Assembly (NCBI RefSeq): GCF_037042905.1
Contig: NC_087251.1
Coordinates: 48,300,001-48,364,000, forward strand
Reading direction: 5' to 3'
Origin: Lytechinus pictus
Lineage: Eukaryota
DNA length: 64,000 bases
Positions 51,337 through 64,000 of this stretch are shown here, piece by piece. Under the pieces are notes generated by a model. That model did no database searches and was not told where the DNA came from. It saw only the letters and a program-made list of their open reading frames with translations. The position numbers and the translations under genes are program-made. Numbering within the stretch: position 1 is the stretch's first letter; each line of letters begins with the position of its first letter.

Positions 51337-52407
51337 TTTTTATACGCCCGTCTAGACAGGATTATGGTATCACGCTTGGTTTTCGTCTGTCTGTCCGTCC
51401 GTCCGTTAACTTTTCCTTGTAAACACGATAACTTCAGTTTGACTTAATTTAGGCTCATATAACTTGGTGTGTATGATACTAGCATGAATTCCCGGAAGCC
51501 TATTGATTTTGAGGTCAAAAGGTCAAAGTTCAAGGTCATAGTGACATGTTTTCATCTTACCGTTCTGCAGTCCTTGTAAACGCGATAACTTCAGTTTAAC
51601 TTATCTAGACTCATACAATATGGTGTATATGATACTAGCATGAATCCCAGGAAGCCTATTGATTTAGAGGTCAAAAGGTCAAAAGTCAAGGTCACAGTGA
51701 CATGTTTTCATCTTACCTTCTGCAGTTCTTGTAAACGCGACAACTTCAGTTTAACTTAACCTAGGCTCATATAATTTGGTGTGTGTGATACTAGCATGGA
51801 TCCCCAAAAGCATATTGATTTTGAGGTCAAAGAGTCAAAGGTCAAGATCACAGTGACATGTTTTCATCTTACTCTTCTGAAGTCTTTGTAAATGCGATAA
51901 TTTCAGTTTAACTTAATCTAGGCTCATATAATTAGGTGTGTGTGATACTAGCACGAATCCCAGGAAGCCTATTGATTTAGAGGTCAAAAGGTCAAAGGTC
52001 AAGGTCACAGTGACATGTTTTCATCTTACCTTCTGCAGTTCTTGTAAACGCGACAACTTCAGTTTAACTTAACCTAGGCTCATATAATTTGGTGTGTGTG
52101 ATACTAGCATGGATCCCCAAAAGCCTATTGATTTTGAGGTCAAAGAGTCAAAGGTCAAGATCACAGTGACATGTTTTCATCTTACCCTTCTGAAGTCTTT
52201 GTAAATGCGATAATTTCAGTTTAACTTAACCTAGGCTCATATAATTTGGTGTGTGTGATACTAGCATGAATCCCAGGAAGCCTATTGATTTTGAGGTCAG
52301 ACAGTCAAAGGTGAAGTCGCCACCTTCCACTTTTCTTGCTTGACCAATAACTCAATTTTCACGTTACATGCGGGCGTATTATGTGCTCGCCTTAGCGACA
52401 CTCTTGT
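51337..52407 (+). mobile_element. HINE/DINE-like element, family B, with six ~156-bp tandem units
   Basis: Subterminal IRs ATACGCCCG (51342) and CGGGCGTAT (52371); (GTCT/GTCC)n microsatellite; 3' hairpin GTGCTCGC-CTTA-GCGACAC; T-rich flanks. Confidence 0.88.
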
Positions 52408-54251
52408 TTTTTCTTTCGATTATTGCATGACTCATTTTACTCTTGACTTCAATTCCCAGACTTCAGATTTTCCTTTAAACGTTTTCTCAAGTGTTTGAAA
52501 CTCAACCACGAATGCCGTAAAATTGACATTTACAGTGTATCACTCGACAAAACCTGATTGATTGTTGTGAATTGAGATTTTCTTACAGATGCACACCGCC
52601 GACATTGAGTATAACTACGGTACTCGTCAACCATAATTAAGAAGTCACATCTAAGCGTTAATATAATTATGTGTGTGTGTTTGTGTGTGTGTGTGAGGGG
52701 ATGGACCATTCTTTGTTAAATACACCCTTGCACTTTATTTTAACATATTTTTGTTGTTATTCATCATGTTCATGAATTGTATATGACTTCAAAACTAGTT
52801 ATTGAAAATATTTTCGATGATTTAATTTTGTTTACATGCATTTTAGACGAAAAAAAATCTTACCCCTGTCAAGCATTTTCAGCACCAGTCAGATCGCTGC
52901 AGTTCATTAATACTTTTGAAAATACAAGGGAGAAGACAAATTTAGCTCGTCTGGAAGTGAGAAATGAATAATGTACATAATTGTGGTGTGCAAAGAAAAA
53001 TACAGTGATATTCAAAATGAAATTTTGCGGCACCTTGATTAATTTCGATCACTGAGGGAAAACAAAACACCAACGAAAATAACTTCCCACAGTGTTTTTA
53101 TAAATAATTTAAATGAATTAGCAAAGGTTGCAAATTCAGATATTGGTTTACATTTCTTTGTGAGAGTTGCATTTATAGTTTTAAATCATTTCGATTTTTG
53201 TCCATTATCAATCTGAAAGAGCACGTGCAAGCTCTGCATCTCGATTTGAGAATATATACCTTTTTCTTACAAAATCATTCATAACATTTCCGAAAAATTA
53301 CTCTTAAATCCGTTTAAATAATCGTGACATGAACTGCAATAATCAATAAATCAACAAATTTTCAAATTCGATAATTCTGACGTACCCCTGAGAGAAAAAG
53401 GCCTACAAGCAATATAAAAATTAACAGGTCTTTTAGGAAGAGAGAAAAAAATGAGCAATAAAGCCAATGCCGCCCCCTTCACTTGGAAATTGAAATCGCT
53501 GGATGAAAATATTCGGTACTTTAAAAGCTAACTGCTCTGCCATCGAATCTATACATCGCATTTCTTTCTACTTTCTTTCAAAATGGCCGAGATGAGTGCA
53601 AACCTATTCCAGATGAAATTTGGTATTACACAAAATGTTCAAGCATTTAGCATATGGCAGTCTGCACTTCCGTCAAGAAAGTATAGTCCGAGGCCAGATC
53701 TACCATTGGCGTCATGTCCCCCCCAAAAAAAAAAATGGAGGGGTGTGACATGGCGTATGGGACAAACTTAGACTTTTTTCCAAAATGACAATCTAATTTG
53801 TTATTTATTGGGATGAAATTGTTACATCTCACCCTTTTCCCTTTCCTTTTCTTTCCGTTTCCCCTTCTTTCTCCTTGGCGCGAAAATTCTGGAGGCTCAT
53901 GTGCCCCGAAGTCCCCCCCCCCCCTCCGTCTATACGCGAAACGGAAATACACTACTGCAGTCAGCTTCGGTAGACGTTTACTTTTACAACCGGGAATGGG
54001 GACGTTGAAAACATCCTGTGTTTTTCATTATAACAGCGATCTGTAATTGCGTTTTCAATCATGATTCATTTTGCTGTTAAAATTTGAAAATCGACATTGA
54101 AAAATGGACCTGATAGGGCCATGATTGAATACACCCTTAATCACTTAACAAAATGTATTCGTCATGTTGGTTATATTTTGATTCTCCCAATTTTGAGATA
54201 CACCGGAGCATGTCTATTAAATATCTTTTCTTTCTTTTTTCTTTATCACAG

Positions 54252-54334
54252 CTGAATATGCCTACGTCAGGCAGATTCGACTGGGGAAGCATCATGCAGC
54301 CGTACTGAGAAGCGATTCGGCCAGATCAGCGTGA
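54252..54334 (+). CDS. Probable terminal coding exon of the Stum/SPEC3-like gene
   Basis: Long polypyrimidine tract ending CACAG. A phase-1 join gives ...SLA-SEYAYVRQIRLGKHHAAVLRSDSARSA*, with a Tyr placed as in family members. Confidence 0.55.
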
Positions 54335-57300
54335 AAGTCACCCACCCAATACTGCTTAATAACCATCCAGAGAGCACTTACCACAGAGACCCCGTTTTCA
54401 CAGAATTCAGGGACGTTTCTGAGTGCCAGACGGGGAACTAAAGTGCTTTTTTTTTGCATCTCACCATTTCGAAATCTCACGGACTTCGAAATGCGTCGTT
54501 TAATATTAAAGACAATATGATAATGTTGCTGACATGGGCATGGAAGGGATATCAAGCCTTAATTGCTCCTATGTGTGATATTATTGAAGGGGTAAATAAA
54601 TATGTTTTGACATTGAAATGACGTCATGATATTATGATGAGGACGGAGAAAATGTCTCTTTTTTTTTAATGAGAGAACGGGATTCGTTGACATGACGAGA
54701 AAAGTGGCTTTATAGGAGATGAGCTGTATTTCTTGTCGCTCGTCACTAAGTGAGCAAACATAGGGCCCCACTTGACGGATAACACTTAATGTTACCCTTG
54801 CCCGTGAGCTAATGTGCTAGGCATCAATCTAGCAGGCTCTCGGAAAATAAAATGAAATATATATACTTTGGGGATAAAACCCATGCGTTGCGAAGCTGAT
54901 GTGGTGGAGAAGAGCAAACATGATAAAAGCGGTAATTGACGTTTCGGACACAAGGCTGGATGAGAATCGAATATAAAAGATGTCTTGTATTTTATTGAGT
55001 GTGTAACGACGACGACAGTGTATCACATTGCTTTACACATGAGATTCGAGCATCCGCGAATGTTTGCAAATCCAAGGGAATTATCCATTTTAAAATGAAT
55101 CAGAGTAACGTATCTTTGACCAATGCAGTCGGGTTCCATCAGGATTTCCGATTCCCATCCGCGATTTGTAATCGATCGCCAAAAAAGCTTACACGCGGGG
55201 CCAAGAGGGAAAAGAAAATTTAATGTGTTTTCAAGTGGAAATTGGTTTTCATGCGCCTTGGTGTAACGAAATATTGTAATACAATTACAGCCTCTATCAG
55301 GTTTCTAACATGAAGATATATAACATTAAACAGAAAATCATCTATTTTCGTCTTTTATTTTTTCTGTTTTTCTTACTTGACTTTTCAATGAAAATTAGAA
55401 ATGGAAGGGAAATTCCTCAACGTTGTCACTATTCGTAAAAAGTGTTAAGTTTTTCATTTGCCGTCAAATTTTGTTTATCATTTCATATATTTGAGATCGC
55501 GGGCTTTGCGCCATAAGAAGTGTGTTTCTTTGTGTAATGTCATTCTGCTTATTAATTTTATTATTGTGATTATCAACAATGAAATTATAATCAACCTTTG
55601 TAATATTTTTTGTTTGGATACCTGTACGGAAATAGTAATAATCGACTGAACTAGAAGTTATTGCGTCATCCTGAAGCTTGCGAACAGGTGTAAAAGTCGT
55701 CTTTAGCTTAGGTACAATATGATACAATAATTTAATTTAATAATTCAATTGGGCTATTGTAATTCTAACATTCCAATTTAATTAATATCGTCATGGAAGT
55801 GAACGTTACATAATAGATTGTCTGTAATCAAATTCAAAACAACTATAAATAACAAAAGTTGTAGAGAATGCTCAATAGACATTCATACGGAAAATTTGAT
55901 TTTCTACATTCTTTATGAAGTTATAAAGATTGCATCTGCGAAATGAAAATAAATAAATAAAACTGAATATTTGTCATGCAAATGATCTTGGGGGATAAAG
56001 GGGGCATAATTAATGTTAATTTACATACTAATTCATACTTCGGGTTTTTTTTAAATATTTTTTGAAATACAGCTTGTAGTGAGGAACTGCATGCCGAATT
56101 TCGGCGCAGTCGCGCGGACGACGGCTGAAGTCGGGAGGGAGGGTGTGGGGGGGAGATGGCATCATACTAAGGATGGGGGGGGGGGGGGCAGGCCTGGCCC
56201 TTCTTAAGTTTAATGGAATATGAGCTTGTATTAACTCATGGTGTAAGCAAATGAAAATTGTGCAAGAAGGCTATTTGTGCCCCGCTGGTCCATACGTCCT
56301 GTTTTCAGGTTTCAAGATGACACAATATCTTGTATGTAATGATTGACGAGTTCCTGTGCCATTTCAAATAAGTTTTGATGGTGTTTTTATCACTATCCAT
56401 GATATCAGTATTATGATCTACACGTCACGTGACTACAAAGGGCATCATTAAGTCGCATGATTTTGTAAATGAAAATGAAAAAAAAAAATTATGGCAAATG
56501 CGAGTGACCGTCGTTATCATGGTTATCTTTGCAAATAACTGAAAAAGTAACCTGCAACAGGATTTCTTTGTCGAAAAACTCTTTTTCAGGAGTGAAAATG
56601 ATGAAATGAAATGGCAGTCTGATCAAGTAATACATTTGATTGTTCATTGTGTTAATTTGAAGTCGAGCGGCCGGCTCCAAAGCCGGACAGAAAAGGACGC
56701 CCGTTTGAAAAGTCAGTCGAAATATATGTATCTTGCAATTTATCCATTCTCATTTGAATAAAATGCTAATATCTTGAAATGATGTCAAGTTTCTTGTGAA
56801 AATAAAGCAGTATGAAATATTAGGGTTTTTTTTTTGCATGTAATGTCATAGCCAGTAGATGCAATGACACAGTCTACGTGTGTGCCTAACGACTATCACT
56901 GTCAACAGTTACTCTCTTCGTTAGAAAACGAAAAAAAAGTCAACAGTATTAGTGTGTATAAAGTTACATTTCTATTGAATTCAATACTCCTTAAATTCTA
57001 TGAGGGATTGAGGCTTAATGCTACTGGATACGAGTCACTGATACCACGTTTTTAGAATTCACGTTCTTCATGTCAAGGGAAAACCCCTATATATTTCGCC
57101 CAGATACCAGGCATTGACATGCTTTTTACTCTGCACTGGAAACGATATTATGCAGTCTAATTCAGACTGAAATCGATGGAGTATGATTTTATTATGATCC
57201 ATGGTTATTTGATTTCACTTTGTGTTGGCAAATGGAAAAGGAAGAGCAAATATTGGAAGTACTTTCTCATGGTAGACTCAGCTGCTCCCATTTACTGCAT

Positions 57301-57559
57301 TTGCGATATGACGATTGACTTACTTTTTGAAAGGTGTCTTTGAAATACATTTTCCCATGCGATGTCACAGAAATTCTCGAGCTAATACTGCTACATGATA
57401 TGCCTACTGCCAACGTTTGGTTACTATCATGACTTTTCAATTCCCTTCTAAATTTTACCACTGCTTATCACCTACTAGTTTCCACCTCTCTTCAATTCTT
57501 CCTCTTTTGATTCTCCTTCTGCTGTCCTTTGTTATAATCATGATACCATTACTATGGTA

Positions 57560-57752
57560 TTCTACTACTACTACTACTATACTACTACTACTACTACTAC
57601 TACTTCTCCTACACTTACTCCTACTACTATTACTACTCCTACTAATACTCCTACTAATACTTCTAATACTACTACTAGTACTTCTACTACTACTACTACT
57701 ACTGCTTCTATTACTACTACTACTATTACTACTACTACTACTACTACTACTT

Positions 57753-57785
<33 letters not shown>

Positions 57786-57900
57786 ATAATAATAATAATA
57801 CTCTACTACTACTACTACTACTACTTATAATAATAATAATACTCTACTACTACTCTTATTACTTCTACTACTACTACCACTACTTCTACTTCTGTAGTAT
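57560..57900. repeat. (ACT)n/(AAT)n microsatellite
   Basis: Long CTA runs; these produce the poly-L and poly-T pseudo-ORFs. Confidence 0.95.
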
Positions 57901-58532
57901 GGCTCCTGATATACGCCTGCTACCAGTAACAAGCTAATACTAGTTTTACGGCCAAACGATTAAGATCATTTATTAAACAAAAATCCACGTGTGTACTATA
58001 AATTAATGGAATGCAAAAGAGGTCATGAATAAAGTACAGAATGAAGTGAAATATTTGAAATAAGATATGAGATGTTTGATGTTTATGAAGTTTATCTATA
58101 GTATTACATGTTAATTATGAAATAAATTTGTATACCGGACAAAAAAAAATTGAAGTGCGGCATCACCGCGTCATATGCTATGGAGTGCCTAAAGATAAGA
58201 AAATCAGTTTTGAAATTAAATAACTGTACCGTAAAAGATTTGATAATTTATGTATCCTGAATATTGTATATATACTTGGGTAGAAGTAAACTAGAATGTA
58301 GCCAAATGTATATTTTCTTCTCTGAAGGGGTAGTGATGTCTTCATTAATTTCGTTCTTAAACTAAACGACGGTGTAAATGAATGTCTTCTAAATAAGTGG
58401 TATGTATTATTAGTGGGTTTTTTTTAGTGATAAGTGAGACCTATTTGTGTTATTTCCTAGATATGTTTGATTGAGTGTGTTGTATATTTTCGCTGTATAT
58501 CATTGTGTGTGTGATTTTATTAACAAATCAGT

Positions 58533-59401
58533 TCTTGTCTCGCCTTGCATAGCATAGTGACTTAAAAGCGGCGCCTATAGAGGCGCCGCTTTTAAGACGG
58601 TGGCGGTGGCGGCGTCGTCAACATCAAATCTTAACCAAAGATCAAGTTTTTGAAATGTCATCATAACTTAGGAAGTATATGGGCCTAGTTCATGAAACTT
58701 AGACATATTGGTTATCAAGTAATAACTAAACATCCTGCCCGAAGTTGAAGTCACATAACCAAGGTCAAAGGTCATTTAGGGTCAATGAACTTTGGCCATG
58801 TTGGGGGTATTTGTTGATTTCCATCATAACTTTGACAGTTTATGGATCTGGTTCATGAAACGTGGACATACGAGTAGTCAAGTATCACTGAACATTTCTT
58901 AGGAGTTTCAGGTCACATTACCAAGGTCAAAGGTCATTTAGGGTCAATGAACTTAGATTATGTTGAGGGAATCAAAACGAAACCTTAACAAGGTGAAGTA
59001 TTTTAAATGATATAACTCTGAAAGTATATGGAACTAGTTGATGAAATTTGGACATAAGAGTAATCAAGCATCAGTGAACCTCCTGCGTGAGTTTCAGGTC
59101 ACATGACCAAGGCCAATGAGCTTTGGTCGTGTTGGTGGTATTTGTTGAATTGCCATCATAACCTTGAAAGTTTACGGATCTAGTCATGAAATGTGGACAT
59201 GTGGGTAATCAAGTATCAATGATCGTCTTGCACAAGTCTTCGAGCAAGATCAAATGTCATTTAGGGTCAATGAACGTAGTATTTTTTCATCATATTGGTG
59301 TTTTTTGTGAATGATTATTCTATAGCCGTTTTCAAAGTCAGCACTACTGCTATATTAAATCGCGTAATGCAGGCGAGGCTGCCAGAGGCGTTCCACTCGT
59401 C
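58533..59401 (+). mobile_element. HINE/DINE-like element, family A (diverged relative of 24485-25455)
   Basis: GTCTCGCCTTGCA / TGCAGGCGAGGC subterminal IRs, GGC repeat, the same core units and the same 3' end GCCAGAGGCGTTCCACT. Confidence 0.85.
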
Positions 59402-60494
59402 TTTAAAAAGCGCGATTTTTTTTCTCAGTCTTATATCTTTGATCCAAAGAAACTAAAGATTTAAAGAAAATAAATTACCTTTCATTAGTTGCATCATGCA
59501 TTTATGGGTGATACATGTACAATTTAGTCAGTATGTAATATGATGGAGAGGTGCGCATGCAGTTCTGTTATGGACCTTAGTTTTCACCCAAAAAGAAAAT
59601 ACATGTATGCCCTAGCTTTGTGAAATCTGAATAAAATTAATCTGTGTGTCTAATAAAGAATTCTAAATACTTCGTGTCTGTTGAGTGGATGTGAAGCCCC
59701 CCCCCCCCATCTCTTTTCTTTATCCTTGCATTCGTCACTTTAAGCATGGACCTATGCCTATGGTCCATGCTTAAAGTAATAGTTCATTGTGTTCCTTAAC
59801 ATTATAAAGTGTTGATACTTTCATGCAGGCGTGAATTCAACATTTAGGAGGAATGCATGTTGTTTTATATATTTATGTAGTATTGCACATGTGAGTTTCC
59901 CCTACGTGTTGTTAAAAAATGGGAAATAACATTATTTATTTTATTTCATTGTATTGAAAAGTGAATGGTTTCATTCTTTTCTTGAATAAGATGAACTAGA
60001 GGAAATGTGTTATTTAATTGCACTGAGTTTCTTTATGAAGGAAGATATTGTGATAAACAGACCCATAGATAGTTGTATCTATATTTATTGTTTTGTGTAC
60101 ATATATTATTAGCAATATAGTATTGTTTTTTATTATTGTCGTCTTAATCTTCAAAGTTAGTGGTCTTGAAGTCGTGTTTGTTTTGTTTCTACTATATCGT
60201 AAATACTATTAACTCATATCTTGTCATATAATGCATACGATACTTATTTCATGTTATTACAGTTGTCATATTGAATTAATTATATTCTCTGCTTCTAATT
60301 CTCAGTTCCCTTTACATTCACTTTCTCTTGGTTTATATTACAAACTCACCATCTTCTATACCGTTCTCTTATCATTTTCTCATTCATATTTTCCTATTTA
60401 CAATTGCAATGTTTTAATAAATTTACTTTGACTATTTCTTAAACTCTTAGAAAAGAGGTTAAATTTGGCACCTCTCTGATCATGGAACACTTTA

Positions 60495-61073
60495 TAGGAA
60501 AATCAAATCTTTGGAACAAGATAGCTTTTGCGAAAACAGAAAAATAAAAAAAACAGATAAACGAAAGTTTTAGAAAATTGAATAAATAATAAGAAAGTTA
60601 TGAGCATTTCAAGTTTAGATCACTATTATAATGACGGTCCTCCCATAGGCAATGTGACAAAGATGTGTGATGTCACCTGTGAACATATTACTTTTGTATA
60701 TATATTTCACTTAAACTGCCTCTGTTATCACATCTATCAGTAGATCATGTATTCTTTCTATATTAGGGCATGTAAAACAGATTTTCAAAGAATACAATAT
60801 GGATAAAGATTTTTATCACCATAAGACAGCAAAAAGAGACATTTGGGGGGCATTTTATAGTCCCATCAAAAGGAAAGTTGTTCACATGTGACATCACATA
60901 TCCTTGTCGCATTGCCAATGGGAGAATCTCCAAAGCATTTAGTGATTGCAATATTCAAATGCTCATAACTTTCTCATTATTTGTCTGAATTTTCTCAAAC
61001 TTGGTTTGAACTTAATTTGTGATTTTTCTGTGTCCGCAAAAGCTCACTTGCTTCAAAGGTTTCATTCCCCTTC
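60495..61073. mobile_element. Palindromic MITE (Kolobok-like end)
   Basis: AGAAAGTTATGAGCATTT / AAATGCTCATAACTTTCT and GATGTGTGATGTCAC / GTGACATCACATATC arm pairs; ends TTCATTCCCCTT. Confidence 0.7.
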
Positions 61074-61214
61074 AAGAGGTGTTCTTATAGACTTGAAAGG
61101 TGCGGGATCGCACCTGTGAAAAGTCTTCACATAGTGTGACACTGTTAAAAGCATGCAATTGACTTTTATCCCCTTCGCATTATGTTTTCAAATCGTCCGT
61201 CTGCGTACACTCTT

Positions 61215-61757
61215 CAATAAATAGAGTAAAATTCACAAAGCAAAATGCTGAAAATTTTAACAAAATCGGATAACAAATAACAAAGTTATTGAATTTTAAA
61301 GATTTGCATTATTCCGATGAAACAGTTCTAGGCATGTCTCTATGAATATTCATTAGGTGGACGGATGATGTCATATCCCCACTTGTTCTTTTGTATTTCA
61401 TTATATGAAATTACGTTTATTCAAAAATTTTCTACCAAGAACTAAAACAATTGGATTGACAACTGATTAAGTACATTCGTTATTTATTGCCGCACTTTCT
61501 TTCATCATAACTTAGACACATCATTTACACATGTATGAAAAAATGAAACATTTATGAAGGGGGAAGTGGGGATGTGACATCAACAGCCCACCTAATGAAT
61601 ATTCATGACGAACTGTTTTCACAAAATATTGATAAACTTTAAATTCAATAACTTTCTTATTTGTTATCCGATTTTGATGGAATTTTCAGCATTTTGCTAT
61701 GTGAGTTTCACTCTATTTATTGAGATATAAATATTTCCAGCCTGGACCACCCCTTTA
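61215..61757. mobile_element. Palindromic MITE (Kolobok-like end), left tip missing
   Basis: CAATAAATAGAGT..GCAAAATGCTGAAAATT..AAAATCGGATAACAAATAA is mirrored at 61655-61722; ends GGACCACCCCTTTA. Confidence 0.7.
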
Positions 61758-62665
61758 GCTAGTCTTTTTTGACTGATTTGTTTTTAAAGTGTATGACGCG
61801 CCGTATACTGATCATATCGAAGATCAGTCTTTATCAACATTATTAGACAAACGGCGCGCCATAATCTGCCCATCTTTAGTCTCGTGAATGAAAAATAAAT
61901 TGTTATTTGATGGATCAACTTCAAACGTGGCCCATTATGAATTTGGATATGATCACGCGGTCAAAGGTCATAGAGGATGTTGCTCATTTTCGAAATAGCT
62001 TATACAAAAGAAAGGAGTGACGATATGAGTGTTTTGTTATGAATAAAACTTTAGTGTGCAATATATTTTAGATCTGGAAATTACAGAGGCACAAAGTTTG
62101 ACAGCGCTCAGTCGAGAAACCTCCACACCAAACACCGTGGGGTATAGCCGGTTCATACGTTTTACTTCGATGTTAAATTTACAGTGTTACTTCACCACAC
62201 ATGGATATTATTACAACCTTTTGTTGTTTAACACTTTATGTTGTCACGTTTAACATCTATGGTGTAAGTTTTAACACCCGATTGTGTTTACAGTGTAGGC
62301 CATCATGTTGAGATCGCCGATATCATTGCGTTCTTTACTGAAAATTGCTTTGACTTATAATTTGTGGTCATTTTCAAGAAGAAAAAAACCCATTTTGTTG
62401 TCAATATTGTTTTATCACTTTGATGCTATGTATAGGTTATGACTAAGTAAGTGCATAGGCCTGACATACGCGCTCGTTGCTTTCTATTAAAACCTTGCCT
62501 TATTTATTTCATCTGATTCATTATCAATATTTATCACTATTCAGTTTTATATGTGTTGAATTCTCTTATAATTATTTTTGCAACTCACGTTTCTCGAATA
62601 AGAATTTATTGTTTTCAGACTTTTCACACGTATTGTCTTGTAATCTGCTGGTAGTAGTTGTATAG

Positions 62666-63950
62666 TTTTTGTCTCGCCTGCGTAGCGGAGCGAGACATAG
62701 GTATCACTATTTCCGGCGTCGGCGTCGTCAACAATTGTGTTGTACACCCAATAACTTTCTATAGCTTCGAGGTGGGATCACCAAATTCATACCAGAGGTC
62801 CATCTCCTGAAGGCACAGGTCAAGTTCGAATACGAGTCGAATTTAAATAAGGTCAAAGGTCAATGAACTTTCCATGACTGGCACTGTGCTGTGTTGTACA
62901 CACAATAACTTTCTATAGCTTCGAGTTGGGATCGCCAAATTCATACGAGAGGTCCATCTCCTGAAGGCACAGGTCAAGTTCGAATATTAGTCGAATGTGA
63001 ATAAGGTCAAAGGTCAATGAACTTTCCATGACTGGCACTGTGCTGTGCTGTACACACAATAACTTTCTATATCTTCGAGGTAGGATTGCCAAATTCATAC
63101 AAGAGGTCCATCTTTTGAAGGTGCAGGTCAAGTTCGAATGTGAGTTGAATTCGATTAAGGTCAAAGGTCAATGAACTTTCCATGACTGGCACTGTGCTGT
63201 GCTGTACACACAATAACTTTCTATATATTCGAGGTAGGATTGCCAAATTCATACAAGAGGTCCATATTTTGAAGGTGCAGGTCAAGTTCGAATGTGAGTT
63301 GAATTTTATTAAGGTCAAAGGTCAATGAACTTTCCATGACTGGCACTGTGCTGTGCTGTACACACAATAACTTTCTGTATATTCGAGGTAGGATTGCCAA
63401 ATTCATACAAGAGGTCCATATTTTGAAGGTGCAGGTCAAGTTCGAATGTGAGTTGAATTTTATTAAGGTCAAAGGTCAATGAACTTTCCATGACTGGCAC
63501 TGTGCTGTGTTGTACACATAATAACTTTTTATAGCTTCGAGGTGGGATCGCCAAACTCGTAACGGAGGTCCATCTCTTGAAGGTGCAGGTCAGGTTCGAA
63601 TGTGAGTTGAATTTGATTAAGGTCAAAGGTCAATGAACTTTCACACTACTTTGTTCCTCTAGTGACATAAACTTTATAATTTTATACTTTTTAACACTAA
63701 CATTTTACTTCAGAACTCAGTACTCTCTATACCTGAACCAGATTTTGTATTTTACTTGTTTATTCTTTAAAAACTGTTATTTATTTAATGAGCTATAGTT
63801 TTTGGCACCATTTATAATATTCACACACATTTGCCAATGGTACAATAGAAAAGCTGTCAAAGTTTCTTAAATGTTACCCTTCAGATTTGACATGCAGTCT
63901 CTTCATGACTGCAATATGCAGGCGAGACAACGCTTGGCGTTTGCCTTGTT
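62666..63950 (+). mobile_element. HINE/DINE-like element, family C, with six 154-bp tandem units
   Basis: Subterminal IRs GTCTCGCCTGC (62671) and GCAGGCGAGAC (63918); GGCGTC repeats; exact 154-bp period; 3' hairpin AACGC-TTG-GCGTT then CTTGTT. Confidence 0.88.
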
Positions 63951-64000
63951 AATTATATATGTGTAGTGCATTTGAATATTCTTTGAATCCTCACACACTG

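Noticed and set aside
57417..57937. Poly-Leu membrane protein or Thr-rich mucin ORFs
   Set aside because: These are translations of an (ACT)n microsatellite.
62913..63626. Four near-identical 83-103 aa ORFs as a tandem gene family
   Set aside because: They are an artefact of the 154-bp tandem repeat shifting frame each unit. The mirrored ORFs at 721-1261/4985-5522 and 5577/11427 likewise come from inverted repeats.

Overview
Eukaryotic, AT-rich, repeat-dominated animal DNA. It is probably echinoderm (sea-urchin-like), inferred from the repeat landscape and poly-G tracts. There are no prokaryotic operons, CRISPR arrays or rRNA genes. The only host coding sequence I can support is an internal exon of a Stum/SPEC3-family membrane-protein gene (48903-49073, +), with a likely terminal exon at 54252-54334; the upstream exon was not found. 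The rest is a nested transposon landscape. Positions 641-13354 hold a stack of an Academ-like ~5 kb foldback element carrying RFX X-box repeats and a TGT..ACA modular foldback element (5-bp TSD) inserted into the tip of an internally deleted Harbinger. The window also contains a near-intact Tc1 (DD34E) element with an early stop, CR1/L2 LINE fragments, a tRNA-derived SINE and many MITEs. Four Helentron-type (HINE-like) elements have tandem units that all carry AGGTCA nuclear-receptor motif clusters. A type I hammerhead ribozyme lies on the minus strand at ~25.9 kb. Superfamily assignments rest on termini, TSDs and motifs read by eye; no database searches were run.
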